Origin: Candidatus Poseidoniaceae archaeon
GTDB lineage: Archaea; Thermoplasmatota; Poseidoniia; Poseidoniales; Poseidoniaceae
DNA length: 64,000 nucleotides
Assembly (NCBI GenBank): GCA_016777125.1
Contig: JADHSC010000005.1
Coordinates: forward strand, 6,345 to 70,344
Reading direction: 5' to 3'
Of the stretch, positions 29,393 through 39,233 are shown one piece after another. Every line of letters starts with the position of its first letter. Positions within the stretch are counted from its first letter, which is position 1. The notes below the pieces were generated by a model. That model was not told the origin of the DNA and did no database searches. It saw only the letters and a list, made by a program, of their open reading frames with translations. Both the position numbers and the translations under genes were made by a program.

Positions 29393-30055
29393 ATGGGAAG
29401 ACGTCATGAAGAAAAAGTGGACGTAGAAGAACTCGCCCGTCTGGAAAATCCAGAGGGTTCCTCGGGAAAGATTCGTGTAAAGCTTCCAAACGGTGGTAAG
29501 AAGCGCGGAGAGTTTGGATTCAAGGGCGAAATGTTTGCTCTTGCTGAAGAGATTCTCGGTGGTCGCCGTGTAACAGTCCTCTGTGCTGATGGGGAGACCC
29601 GTATGGCACGTATACCAGGGAAAATGCGTCGTCGACAATGGGTTCGTGAAGGCGACCTCATCATTGTCTGGCCATGGGATTTCCAAGATTCAAAAGCTGA
29701 TGTAAAGCATCGTTATACAAAGACTCAGGCTATGTATTTGTCAAGAAAGCAAGTGCTTCCGGAAGTTGTTGATATGTTTGGCATGAATGATCGTGTTGAC
29801 GATGATGACGACGATGACTTGTTCGGTATCTCTGATGCACCTGAGGTCGTTGAAGAAGACGATGATGAAGATCTGTTTGGTGATGATGACGACGATGATG
29901 ACGATTTGTTTGGAAGCGATGATTCTGTCGAAGAAGTCGCCGAAGAGGCCGTTGAAGAGCCAGTAGTGGTTGAGGAACCAGCAGAATCAGTTGAACCAGA
30001 ACCGCTTGATGATGATGACGATGACGACGATGATATCGACGCATTGTTCGCTTAA
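29393..30055 (+). CDS. eif1a: translation initiation factor aIF-1A with long poly-acidic C-terminal tail
   Basis: S1/OB core RVTVLCADGETRMARIPGKMRRRQWVREGDLIIVWPWDFQDSKADVKHRY. About 110-aa tail with three DDDD-DLFG repeats, ending DDDDDDDDIDALFA. Confidence 0.85.
   Translation: MGRRHEEKVDVEELARLENPEGSSGKIRVKLPNGGKKRGEFGFKGEMFALAEEILGGRRVTVLCADGETRMARIPGKMRRRQWVREGDLIIVWPWDFQDSKADVKHRYTKTQAMYLSRKQVLPEVVDMFGMNDRVDDDDDDDLFGISDAPEVVEEDDDEDLFGDDDDDDDDLFGSDDSVEEVAEEAVEEPVVVEEPAESVEPEPLDDDDDDDDDIDALFA
29790..30050. repeat. GAT/GAC/GAA codon low-complexity repeat encoding the poly-Asp/Glu tail of aIF-1A
   Basis: Runs of gatgatgacgacgatgac are visible directly in the DNA. Confidence 0.7.
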
Positions 30056-30109
30056 TCATCAAAGCATTGATGTTCCTCCTCAACAAACCCACAGCAGGAA
30101 GGGTATGCT

Positions 30110-31105
30110 ATGTCTCGTTCAAATGATGATTGGGATGAATTGAGTGAGCGTACTCCTCAACGTCGTAAAACCCGCAAGAAACACAACAAGCGTCCAATGT
30201 CTTTGGATGATAAAGCAGACGCAGATTTTGATGAGCGACATGCTTCAAAGTTTGTTGAAGACTTAGCGGGAAAAAATAGTTCATTCAATTGGATGAAGGA
30301 TGAGCGAAACAAGCGCATGTTCAAGAAAATTGAAAACCGTATTCAAGGCGCTATGGGCACTGGGTCCTACGATTGGGTCGATAGAAGAACGTTCGACCAA
30401 GTCTTTGACAGACTGACCTTAATGTCACTTTACAAGATGATGAATTCAGGAATACTGGATACACTCGATTTCCCAATCGCTCGAGGCAAAGAAGCTCACG
30501 TATTCCATGGTACAGACCATGATGGCCAATCGGTCGCAGTGAAAATCTTCCATACCTCAAATGCGGTATTCAAGAATTTGATGCAGTACATTGAGGGCGA
30601 TCCTCGTTTCGGAGGACTTCGTCGACGTCATCGAGATCTTGTCGATATTTGGGTGCGAAAAGAACATCGTAATTTGACACGTTTGCATCGTTGGGGCTTA
30701 CCTGTCCCGCGTCCTATTGCTATTCAAAAGAATATTCTTATCATGGAATATCTCGGTAGTGAAATACAACCCTCTCCTAAATTACGAGATGTTCGAATCG
30801 AAAACCCTCAACCAGTGTTCGATGAAATGCTTGAGTTCTTGGCAGTTTCTTGGCAGAAAGCTGATTTAGTTCATGGTGACTTTTCTCCGTACAATATTTT
30901 GTGGCATAATGGTGGACCAATTGTTATTGATGTTGGTCAGGGGGTTGTTCAACACCATCCGAAGGCAAAGGAATTCCTTGTACGAGATGTAACTCGGTTG
31001 GTTGAATGGGCGAATAAAAATGGTATTGACATAACATTAGCAGATGCAATGTATGATGTTCTGGAAATGGACCTATCACACGTTCATCGAACCGAAGAAG
31101 AATGA
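30110..31105 (+). CDS. rio1: RIO-type serine/threonine protein kinase (Rio1-like)
   Basis: RIO domain motifs GKEAHVF, IMEYLG and LVHGDFSPYNILW. Sits directly downstream of aIF-1A, an arrangement conserved in archaea. Confidence 0.85.
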   Translation: MSRSNDDWDELSERTPQRRKTRKKHNKRPMSLDDKADADFDERHASKFVEDLAGKNSSFNWMKDERNKRMFKKIENRIQGAMGTGSYDWVDRRTFDQVFDRLTLMSLYKMMNSGILDTLDFPIARGKEAHVFHGTDHDGQSVAVKIFHTSNAVFKNLMQYIEGDPRFGGLRRRHRDLVDIWVRKEHRNLTRLHRWGLPVPRPIAIQKNILIMEYLGSEIQPSPKLRDVRIENPQPVFDEMLEFLAVSWQKADLVHGDFSPYNILWHNGGPIVIDVGQGVVQHHPKAKEFLVRDVTRLVEWANKNGIDITLADAMYDVLEMDLSHVHRTEEE

Positions 31106-31106
31106 A

Positions 31107-31851
31107 TCATTCTTCTTCCCAAACAATGTGTTCATCTTCAGCCATTTCCATCATATCGATGACGGCTTCACCATCATCAGGATCGACTTGACTCGCTTTG
31201 AGTTTACGGCCTCTTCGTTCACTAACATCAGCTAAACCAGGGACAAGTCCATCGAAACCAGTTGATGGTTCTTCCTTGGATTCTTTAGCTTCAATCGAAT
31301 CTAAAGAACGATTATCGAATTTCATGCGCTTTCTACGACGCTCAAGGAATGAGAGTACTGTTCCGTGTTCTGAACCGCCTGCAAGCATCTCAACGGCTTG
31401 CCGGGCAAGACCAATACTTTCAGCATCACCTACGAGTACAACTGTCGATTTGTAAATTGTAATTTCAACATCGGTTAAGTTTTCAATCAAGCGACGAACT
31501 TTACCTTGACTTCCAATGATTCGAGCACGAATTCTTCGCTGTTGATGAGAACGCTTACCAACGAAATCCTTCAAATCAACCATTTCAAAGAAATTCTCAT
31601 CCTCAAGTAAACGAATTGCTGCTTTTGGAGCCATCCCTCTTCCAATTGCTTTGATGACATCTGGAAACTTTAACGCTTTAATCGGGTCGTAAGAGCCAGG
31701 TTCGCCCCAGACTACTTCCACATCACCCGTCTCAGAATCGATGTGAAATTCTTTTGCTCCGGATGCATTTCGTAGTGACTTTGCAGTCGTACCTTTTGAA
31801 CCGATGAGAACAGCAATTCTGTCCTTTGGAATTCGAGGAAGCCCTTGTCGC
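31107..31851 (-). CDS. KH-domain RNA-binding protein (archaeal Dim2/Pno1-like), acidic C-terminal tail
   Basis: Two KH GxxG loops (IAVLIGSKGTTAKSL and ARIIGSQGKVRRLIE). Start taken at MRQGLPRIPKD. Convergent with rio1. Confidence 0.75.
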
Positions 31852-31879
31852 ATGATTACAACCCACCAGCCGATGTTCT

Positions 31880-33712
31880 TCAATCCCGCTGTTGAAGCCA
31901 AGCTACAACAAAGCCAGCACAAAGGAGTGCAAACATGGTTGGAGCGAACGATGGAACAAGGCCAGGGGAGGAAACGTCAGCACCCGTAACGACCATGTAA
32001 TGGTCGTTGTTTATCTCACTGTTTTCATCGATGAGATTTGAAGGGTCGATACGTACACGCAGGTCATATTGTCCAGTATTTGGAACGGTGTAGTTCCATG
32101 TGAGATATGCTACACCGGTGCCAAGGGAACCTGCAAGAAGTGTTTGTGCTTGCATAACAGTCCATTCTGTTGCTGCATTACGATCGGCAGGAGCAGCTTC
32201 TAAAATCACAGCAACTGATCCAGGATACGCCTTGTTGGAACGGATTTCGCCAGAGATTGTGATGTTACCAAATGTGTCACCGGGACGCACAACAAGTTTG
32301 TTGACGTCAGTTTCAGTCACATTCCAATAGAGGTCGAGTCCTGGCATGACTTGGAATGCTCTAGGTTCTGTTGTTTCGCTGTTTCCAGCTTCGTCTACAA
32401 CAGTCGCTCTAAGCATGAGGTACTGACGAGACTTTGTTGCCCAATTTGCTAATGCAAGGTCTCTATCAAGGCCAGTGCCGGGAACTTCAAGCCATTGGCC
32501 TGAGAGGTCTGGTGTTAGGCCAACACCGTTTAGATCGAATCCATATTGTAATGAAATCTCACTTTCGTCGATACCTGAGAGTAAGTCATACGCTGCAAAG
32601 GAAATGTTGGCTTGACCGACAAGATCGGTTGTAAGTGCATCAACAGTCCATCCCACCATTTCAGGAATAGTGGTGTCAACTTGCACAGTTGCTGTAATTG
32701 TGTTTCCAACGTTACCAACCTTATCCGTTGCTCGTAATTCGAGTGTATGATTTCCCTCTTCAAGCGTAATTGAATGTGTATTCGTGGTGATAGCGGTCCA
32801 TGTTCCAGAATCAATTTTCAGTTCCACAGTCTCGACACCAGATCCAGTTCCATCATTGGCACCATCCAGAACACCAGATAGTTCCACATTTGTAGAGGAT
32901 TGCCATGTTGAACCACTTCCAACTGTGATGGAGGACATGGTTGGTCCAGTACGGTCGATACCAATGAATAATGTCGATGTATTACTCAATCCGGAATCGT
33001 CGTAAACAGTAAGTCGAGGATTCCAAGTTCCTTCAGAAAAACTTCCGCTTGACCAATCCCAGCCGTATGTAAGACTCGACGGTCCATCAGTGGAAGGTGA
33101 CCCAGGTCCTGGGACATTCTGTAGAGTTGCTCTGTTGAAATCATCATCAGAAACACCGTATCGGAATTCTAAGGTACCAGTCTCAGCGATGCTAAACCAT
33201 GCTCTATCAGAACTACTTGTTCCAGCCCCAACATTTGGAGATAGAACAGTGAATGCAGTAATATCAGGGACGTGATTATCAATTGTGAATTCTCCTGTTG
33301 TGGTCAACGTAGAGTCGTCTACATCTGTATCCCAGCCAGTAGCACGCATTGTGTATGTGCCATTCGCAACCGAAGTGGAATCAAAATTGAAGAGCCAAGG
33401 TGTACCTGTGAGATTTGTAAGTGTGGAATATGCACCTCCTTGTGATGCAATTTCGACCAAGATCGAATCAATGGTCCCTGTCCCTGAAATGCTGAACGTA
33501 ATCGTCTTCAATCCTGTAACAGATTCCGATTGAACTGGGCCGTTTGAGAATGCGATACTCGCTGCTGATGAGGAGTGTATTACTGCCTCTTCTTCAAGCT
33601 GTAAATCGTTGTTAATGTCAAGTGGGAAAATGGAAATCAGCAAGAGGGAAATGATGCCGACTGCAACCGCTCTGCCTCCCATGCTTTTCTTACAGATGCG
33701 ACCTCCCTTCAA
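31880..33712 (-). CDS. secreted surface protein with Ig-like/CARDB-like repeats and a C-terminal TM anchor
   Basis: N-terminal signal/anchor AVAVGIISLLLISIFPL. Beta-rich repeats. C-terminus PTMFALLCAGFVVAWLQQRD*. Confidence 0.65.
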   Translation of the reverse strand: MKGGRICKKSMGGRAVAVGIISLLLISIFPLDINNDLQLEEEAVIHSSSAASIAFSNGPVQSESVTGLKTITFSISGTGTIDSILVEIASQGGAYSTLTNLTGTPWLFNFDSTSVANGTYTMRATGWDTDVDDSTLTTTGEFTIDNHVPDITAFTVLSPNVGAGTSSSDRAWFSIAETGTLEFRYGVSDDDFNRATLQNVPGPGSPSTDGPSSLTYGWDWSSGSFSEGTWNPRLTVYDDSGLSNTSTLFIGIDRTGPTMSSITVGSGSTWQSSTNVELSGVLDGANDGTGSGVETVELKIDSGTWTAITTNTHSITLEEGNHTLELRATDKVGNVGNTITATVQVDTTIPEMVGWTVDALTTDLVGQANISFAAYDLLSGIDESEISLQYGFDLNGVGLTPDLSGQWLEVPGTGLDRDLALANWATKSRQYLMLRATVVDEAGNSETTEPRAFQVMPGLDLYWNVTETDVNKLVVRPGDTFGNITISGEIRSNKAYPGSVAVILEAAPADRNAATEWTVMQAQTLLAGSLGTGVAYLTWNYTVPNTGQYDLRVRIDPSNLIDENSEINNDHYMVVTGADVSSPGLVPSFAPTMFALLCAGFVVAWLQQRD

Positions 33713-33798
33713 ATCTCCCCTTCCAACAGGAGGTTTTTTGTCAACTTTTTGCCTTCTTATGAGATGGGTTCAAGTGCTTTGCATGACGTGGGAAAAGC

Positions 33799-36618
33799 AT
33801 GGCAAGAGGGGCGTATGTGGTCTGCTGTGTATTGCTGATGATGACTTCATTGGTCCCAACCTCTGTGAGTTCATACGATAGCGGTGGCATTCAAGCATCA
33901 GATTCCACTCTCAGTATCATGCCTGCAAGTCCTACGTCTGGTGGTTCAATTACAGGTTCATTGACGCTTTCGAACACGAATTCAGAAAAAGCGTTCGATG
34001 TTGAATATTCATTCTACAAAAACGGAATATCTACAGCCAACCGCCTCATTACAAGCACTGTCAATATCGAAGCTAATGGTTTTGAAATTGTGACGGCACA
34101 ATGGGACAATCTGGTCGAGGGTGAAAACAAACTTTGGGTCACGTATTCCTACAATGGACAAACCGAAGTTGAGTTTTATCATTCCTTTACCGTACTGGGA
34201 TTGCCGAATCTCAGAGTTACAGAAACAATTCTGACTCCAAGCACTGATCTTCATTCTGGCGATATTATTTCACTGAGTGCAAAGGTAAGTAACATCGGCT
34301 CAGTTGACGCTCAAGCATCATATCTTGGAATTAATTACCCTGGTTCGATTGAAGATGTAGAACTTCAAACTCCAGCGATTAATGCCAGCGAATATGCATG
34401 GGTCAACACGACCTTTACCGCACCTGTATCAGGTTCTTACGATCTCATCCTAACTCCAGACGCCCGAGATGAGGTATTGGAATCAACCGAACAAGGAAAA
34501 GATGAAATCGTTCAATTTGTCATTGAACCAAGAATGGATCTATCACATGTTGGCGAGATACTTATTGTGCCCACAGAGGGTTCCCTTACTGGTCCATGGG
34601 CCGTCTCAGGTACGATTGCAAGAGAGTCAGGAGAAGGCACACTTGACGTTCCAATGGTCATTGAACTACGAGAAGGTGCCTCCACTGTCCGTTCGCTCCA
34701 ACCGTTCACCGTAAGTGTCTTTGGAACAGGATATTCTCAACATGCATGGACAACATCGATTGAAAGTGCGAACATTGCTGGATTGAGCAACGGTCAATAT
34801 TCGCTTGTTGCTCGTATTGACCCATTCCAGACGGGTGGGTTTGTGCAAGAGAGTATGGAAAATGACGACCATGTTACAACGTTCACTCTTCCCGAGATAC
34901 CAGACGTTTATGTTGACCCACTTGCTTTACCAAACTTGACTTCTGTCTCAGCTGGTTTCCCAATCGATTGGTCGATGACGGCCACGAATACTGGCGACAT
35001 TTCTGTTGGCGGTAACTTCCTCTATTCATGGGAAGGTCAAGAGTTCCAATCTGGTCTCATCACTCTCCAGTCAGGTAGCAGTTACACCTACACAGTTTCC
35101 TTGTCAACCTTGTTGGGTGCTCATACAGCGGAACTTGATGTTCAATGGCAACCTTCAGTTAATTCATATGATCGAAATCCAACCAATAGTCGTGCTTCAG
35201 GGTCCGTCCTTGTCGAAGCGAATCTGCAACTTGAATGGGATGAGGATACGCAGGTTCTGGTTGACAAAGATGGCGAACTGGCAACCTTCCCACTTGATTC
35301 AGGCGAAGAATACACACTCAGTATTTCTATGAAATCAACCCGAGGGTCAGGCGATGTCACTATTACATGCAAGAACAGTCAGGCAACATGGTCAGTTTCT
35401 GAGATTGTTATTGAAAATCCTGGGGACCGAGAGGAAGTATCCTGTACATTCAAAGCCTCAGGAAAGTTGACAATTGTTCAGTTGGTTCATTCTCCTTCTT
35501 CCACAATGACCGAGACGTTCGAGCGTTCTTACTCAACAGCGTTTATTGATGGTGGAAATGGTGCAAACGAAGAGAATAGCGGTACGGGAACTGCGGTTCT
35601 GATGTTCATTGGAGCACTTGTCCTCATTGGATTCCTCGTCGGTGCAATTCTGCTTACAAGAGACAGAGAAGATGAAGTGGAACGAGATATTTTCAATTAT
35701 TGTCCCTCCTGTGATGGCGAACTTGAAGGCGACGAAAATCGTTGCCCGCATTGTTCGTTCAACCTTCGTAAAGCACGTTCACAGTTCCACGAATGTTCTG
35801 CATGTGGAGAGTCTGTACCTGATCTCATGGAGAATTGTCCATACTGTGGAACAGAGCAAGATGTTCGTTCATATTTCGAGCAACGAGAACGCCGCATCCG
35901 TGAAGTCCCCGAAGAAAAGGAATTGGTTTCACTCCCCGAAGAAGACGAAAACGAAATCGTTAGCGGTACCGAAGATTTCGCTTCTGCTGTCAAAGAATTT
36001 GGGTATGATGAAGATAATCTTGAAGATGAGTGGGATGAGAATGTTGTTGCTGCTGAAGAAGAAGTTACAGCTGCATATGATAGACGGTATGCTGATGAGA
36101 TCTCGATGGAAGATATGACCGATGAGGAAATTGCTGAAATGGAGAATCAGGTCGTTACAACTCTGAAGACTGCAAAGGAAGCATTCGAAGGTCATGATTT
36201 GGATGCATTCCTACCGGATAAAGAGGATCTGAAGACTCTCAAGGACGATGGAACCGACAAGGATGGCGATGCATGGAATACACTCTCTGCAAGCGATGCT
36301 GACATCCGAGGAGACTTGTTCGAAATCACTGGTGAAAAAGGTGTATTGCCTGGCGACAAGGTTGTTGTTGGTATGGGCTTGACAGATAGTTCACTTGCAG
36401 GAAATGAGATCACTGAGGCTTCTCACAATTTCTTAGTTGAAGATGATTCTAAACCACTTTCAACAGATTCGTCTGAACCGAAGAAGGCTGCAAAGCCACG
36501 TCGACGTCCACGCCGAAAGGCAGAATCGGCTAAGGAGACTGCAGATTGTGGCGCCTGTGGTGCAGTCATTGCGGCAGATGCAAAGGAATGCCCAACCTGT
36601 GGTGCAAAGTTCGAATGA
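33799..36618 (+). CDS. surface protein: signal peptide, CARDB-like repeats, TM, cytoplasmic tail with three zinc ribbons
   Basis: Signal peptide VVCCVLLMMTSLVPTSVSS. TM helix TAVLMFIGALVLIGFLVGAILL. Tail carries CPSC-x9-CPHC, CSAC-x9-CPYC and, at the C-terminus, CGAC-x9-CPTC. Confidence 0.7.
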   Translation: MARGAYVVCCVLLMMTSLVPTSVSSYDSGGIQASDSTLSIMPASPTSGGSITGSLTLSNTNSEKAFDVEYSFYKNGISTANRLITSTVNIEANGFEIVTAQWDNLVEGENKLWVTYSYNGQTEVEFYHSFTVLGLPNLRVTETILTPSTDLHSGDIISLSAKVSNIGSVDAQASYLGINYPGSIEDVELQTPAINASEYAWVNTTFTAPVSGSYDLILTPDARDEVLESTEQGKDEIVQFVIEPRMDLSHVGEILIVPTEGSLTGPWAVSGTIARESGEGTLDVPMVIELREGASTVRSLQPFTVSVFGTGYSQHAWTTSIESANIAGLSNGQYSLVARIDPFQTGGFVQESMENDDHVTTFTLPEIPDVYVDPLALPNLTSVSAGFPIDWSMTATNTGDISVGGNFLYSWEGQEFQSGLITLQSGSSYTYTVSLSTLLGAHTAELDVQWQPSVNSYDRNPTNSRASGSVLVEANLQLEWDEDTQVLVDKDGELATFPLDSGEEYTLSISMKSTRGSGDVTITCKNSQATWSVSEIVIENPGDREEVSCTFKASGKLTIVQLVHSPSSTMTETFERSYSTAFIDGGNGANEENSGTGTAVLMFIGALVLIGFLVGAILLTRDREDEVERDIFNYCPSCDGELEGDENRCPHCSFNLRKARSQFHECSACGESVPDLMENCPYCGTEQDVRSYFEQRERRIREVPEEKELVSLPEEDENEIVSGTEDFASAVKEFGYDEDNLEDEWDENVVAAEEEVTAAYDRRYADEISMEDMTDEEIAEMENQVVTTLKTAKEAFEGHDLDAFLPDKEDLKTLKDDGTDKDGDAWNTLSASDADIRGDLFEITGEKGVLPGDKVVVGMGLTDSSLAGNEITEASHNFLVEDDSKPLSTDSSEPKKAAKPRRRPRRKAESAKETADCGACGAVIAADAKECPTCGAKFE

Positions 36619-36788
36619 ACGAAGTAAATTGATTGAATATAACGCCTGTCAGCACTCATAGGGTTCGTCATCGCTTTCGCTCGGTCCGATTTCGCTTCAT
36701 TCAGGCAAACTGTGAGACAGTAATCTCACGTTTGAACGCTTCCCTTTTCGGCGCGCTTTTCATATTCTTGTGTATGCTGGGGGTGTTT

Positions 36789-37337
36789 ATGCAGCAACGT
36801 ACGCTCGCCGCTTTTGTAGCGTTGACAATGTTGCTTGTCTCCTCATCTGGATGCTTAGGCTTGCTTCAGGGAAGAGAGTACATGGAATCCCTTCGAGACG
36901 ATCCAATTGAATCAGAATCCTTTGCTCCGCTTTCAATTGAGCACACATTTGTGAACGTTCAACAAGAAACGTGGGACGAAGATTTCTCTATTGACTCTGC
37001 GGTAACTGAGATATCTGTTTATTTCAAAGCCGCATTCTTTCTTTCCGATTTGACCGATGATCTTGGTCTCGAACCACGATATGTCGATGTTTCAATCAAG
37101 GATTCAAATGGAAATGAGATGTGGTCAAAGAGAACGACTACAACAGAAAGCACCCTTGAAGAAAAAATTGACCCACAAGAGAACGGTAAATTCCTATCAG
37201 GTGATTGGAATGTATTCATTGAAGCAAGCGGAGGTGGTCTAGCAGGTATTGGAGAAGACAGTTTCCTGATGACAATAACCGTTACTCGAACCTGTATTCT
37301 GTTTCCACAAGCAGATGGCGAATGTGTCACTCTGTGA
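36789..37337 (+). CDS. putative lipoprotein
   Basis: MQQRTLAAFVALTMLLVSSSGC has a lipobox-like SSSGC. The upstream in-frame extension to 36633 is not protein-like. The exact start is uncertain. Confidence 0.45.
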   Translation: MQQRTLAAFVALTMLLVSSSGCLGLLQGREYMESLRDDPIESESFAPLSIEHTFVNVQQETWDEDFSIDSAVTEISVYFKAAFFLSDLTDDLGLEPRYVDVSIKDSNGNEMWSKRTTTTESTLEEKIDPQENGKFLSGDWNVFIEASGGGLAGIGEDSFLMTITVTRTCILFPQADGECVTL

Positions 37338-38502
37338 ACAGTGATTGCTCACAAGCATGTCTTCTACTGCAATTCCTGCACTTTCCTTCACGCTCATGAT
37401 TTCGTTTAGCACCGCCTTCGACCATGAGTTTCTGTACTTTTTTGATACTGGTAAGCAGTGAGTTCTTAGCGTGTTGATCCCAAAAGACCTGATGCACATC
37501 TTCCTCACCATACTTTAGAATACCATATGGAGGGGATTTCTTTGTGTTCGTCTCAACAAGGGATATGTAAGCCAGAAGTTGTACTCGATGGGATTGATGA
37601 GGCTTCTTTGGCACACGTCCCGTTTTCTGTTCGACTGGGATGAATTCGCCATCAATAATGACGATTTGATCGGGCCTTCCTCTTAATCCAGTTTCCTCAT
37701 CACGAAGTAATCCACTTGATTCATCATCATCTGAATAGACTAACTGGGTGTCTTCGTCTAACCCAGCACGCCCTCTCTTCTCGATCATTTCATTTTCTGC
37801 AAAGAGTGATTTTTGCAATTGCCAAGTCGCAAGAAATGTCCAAACGAATGCAGTAACGACCAATATGAAACCTGCTTGGCTTCGATTATCAGCTGCTGCT
37901 AGACCGATTGCATGCAGGCCAATGACAATCGTAGCCAACAAGAGTCCGGCTTCGGTTTTCCCACCAGAAAACCAACCTCCAAGGAACCCGATTGGGTTCC
38001 ATGTCGGCTTCAGCCCGGTCGATTCAAAGTTCTTCGATAATGTTTCAATCTCAGAAACAGTAGGTTCCATATTTAGCCAATTTCGCCAGGGTATAACGAT
38101 TGATAGAATTGCGGCTGCTAGAAATGAAACAGACCACATGGACAGGATCTTAGCCAATTCAATTGGAGCATTCATCAAATCATCGATGTAGACAAAAGCA
38201 ACTGCATCAATTGCAAAAGCAATAATGATTCCATACCACCATGACCAGATGAGGAGTTCTCGCCGTAATTTGATGAGCGAAGTTTGGAATTCATTCATAC
38301 CTTCATGAATTTGTTTATGTTTTTCCATACCAATGGTGATGGCTTCACCCACGCCGGCTGCTCCTTCCTTCGCTAGTCGCCATGAAACAGGGCAGTATGT
38401 ATAGCGCTCGAGTTCGCTTGCGCTTACAGGTAATGGGTTTCCATTCGAATCGAGGTAAAACCCATCAGGGCCTTCGCTTCCCTCTGCAAATGTGACCCCC
38501 AT
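37327..38502 (-). CDS. Cas4/RecB-family PD-(D/E)xK nuclease with Fe-S Cys cluster, interrupted by a four-helix transmembrane insertion
   Basis: N-terminal ERYTYCP Cys motif. Four hydrophobic helices of 20-24 aa. Then GRPDQIVIIDGEFIPVEQKTG (D...ExK), QLLAYISLVE (QxxxY), and a C-terminal C-x2-C-x5-C (CRNCSRRHAC). Confidence 0.6.
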   Translation of the reverse strand: MGVTFAEGSEGPDGFYLDSNGNPLPVSASELERYTYCPVSWRLAKEGAAGVGEAITIGMEKHKQIHEGMNEFQTSLIKLRRELLIWSWWYGIIIAFAIDAVAFVYIDDLMNAPIELAKILSMWSVSFLAAAILSIVIPWRNWLNMEPTVSEIETLSKNFESTGLKPTWNPIGFLGGWFSGGKTEAGLLLATIVIGLHAIGLAAADNRSQAGFILVVTAFVWTFLATWQLQKSLFAENEMIEKRGRAGLDEDTQLVYSDDDESSGLLRDEETGLRGRPDQIVIIDGEFIPVEQKTGRVPKKPHQSHRVQLLAYISLVETNTKKSPPYGILKYGEEDVHQVFWDQHAKNSLLTSIKKVQKLMVEGGAKRNHEREGKCRNCSRRHACEQSLFTE

Positions 38503-38624
38503 ATATTCAATTTAAGACTCATCTATCTTGATATCTTCGCATACAATCCCATCTTTCCGGGTGGGGAGATACTGCGAAGCGGTTAAGAAGAGGCTTTAGG
38601 TCGGTTGCTTGCTGAGGCAACAAT

Positions 38625-39233
38625 ATGTCGGAAGAAACAGGTCTTTTGATTCCACTGGAACTATACGAAGAGACTGGTGTAAACATCGGTACAAAACAGA
38701 AGAGTGCGGACATGGGACGCTTCATTGATTCCGTCAATTCTGATGGTCTTTACCTCCTAAATGTGAACGCTACAGATACCCGCATTCGCATCATCGCATC
38801 ATTCCTGAACCAATATGATGCATCCCGCATTATGGTCGTCTCCGCACGACAATACGGGCAGAGACCTGCTCGTATGTTTGCAGAAGCAATCGGAGCCCTT
38901 TCCGCTGTTGGACGTTTCATTCCTGGAAGCCTAACAAACCCAGCACTTCGCTCATACAAAGAGCCAAACGTCTTGTTCGTAACAGATCCTGCATCCGACC
39001 AGCAATCACTCCGTGAAGCAGTTAACACAGGTCTACCAATCGTTGGACTTGTCGATGCAAACAACAAGTTGCGAAACGTTGACGTTGCACTTCCTGCTAA
39101 CAACAAGAGTCGACACTCTCTCGCTCTGATTTACTGGCTCCTCTCCAGAGAAGTCCTCAAACTACGTGGCGAAACCACAGATGAGGCATGGGCAGAAGCA
39201 AATGATCTCGAAGAGTGGAAGTCAACTTTCTGA
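38625..39233 (+). CDS. rps2: 30S ribosomal protein S2 (uS2)
   Basis: Motifs FIPGSLTNP and VDANNKLRNVDVALPANNKSRHSLALIYWLL are archaeal uS2 signatures. Confidence 0.85.
   Translation: MSEETGLLIPLELYEETGVNIGTKQKSADMGRFIDSVNSDGLYLLNVNATDTRIRIIASFLNQYDASRIMVVSARQYGQRPARMFAEAIGALSAVGRFIPGSLTNPALRSYKEPNVLFVTDPASDQQSLREAVNTGLPIVGLVDANNKLRNVDVALPANNKSRHSLALIYWLLSREVLKLRGETTDEAWAEANDLEEWKSTF

Noticed and set aside
36633-36788. Upstream part of ORF 36633..37337 as coding
   Set aside because: Translation (MNITPVSTHRVRHRFRSVRFRF...) is low-complexity and non-protein-like. The lipoprotein signal begins at MQQRTL (36789).
37327-38624. Possible CRISPR array or cas operon next to the Cas4-like gene
   Set aside because: No direct repeats with regular spacing are visible in the flanking intergenic DNA or anywhere in the window. 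No other cas-like ORFs are present.
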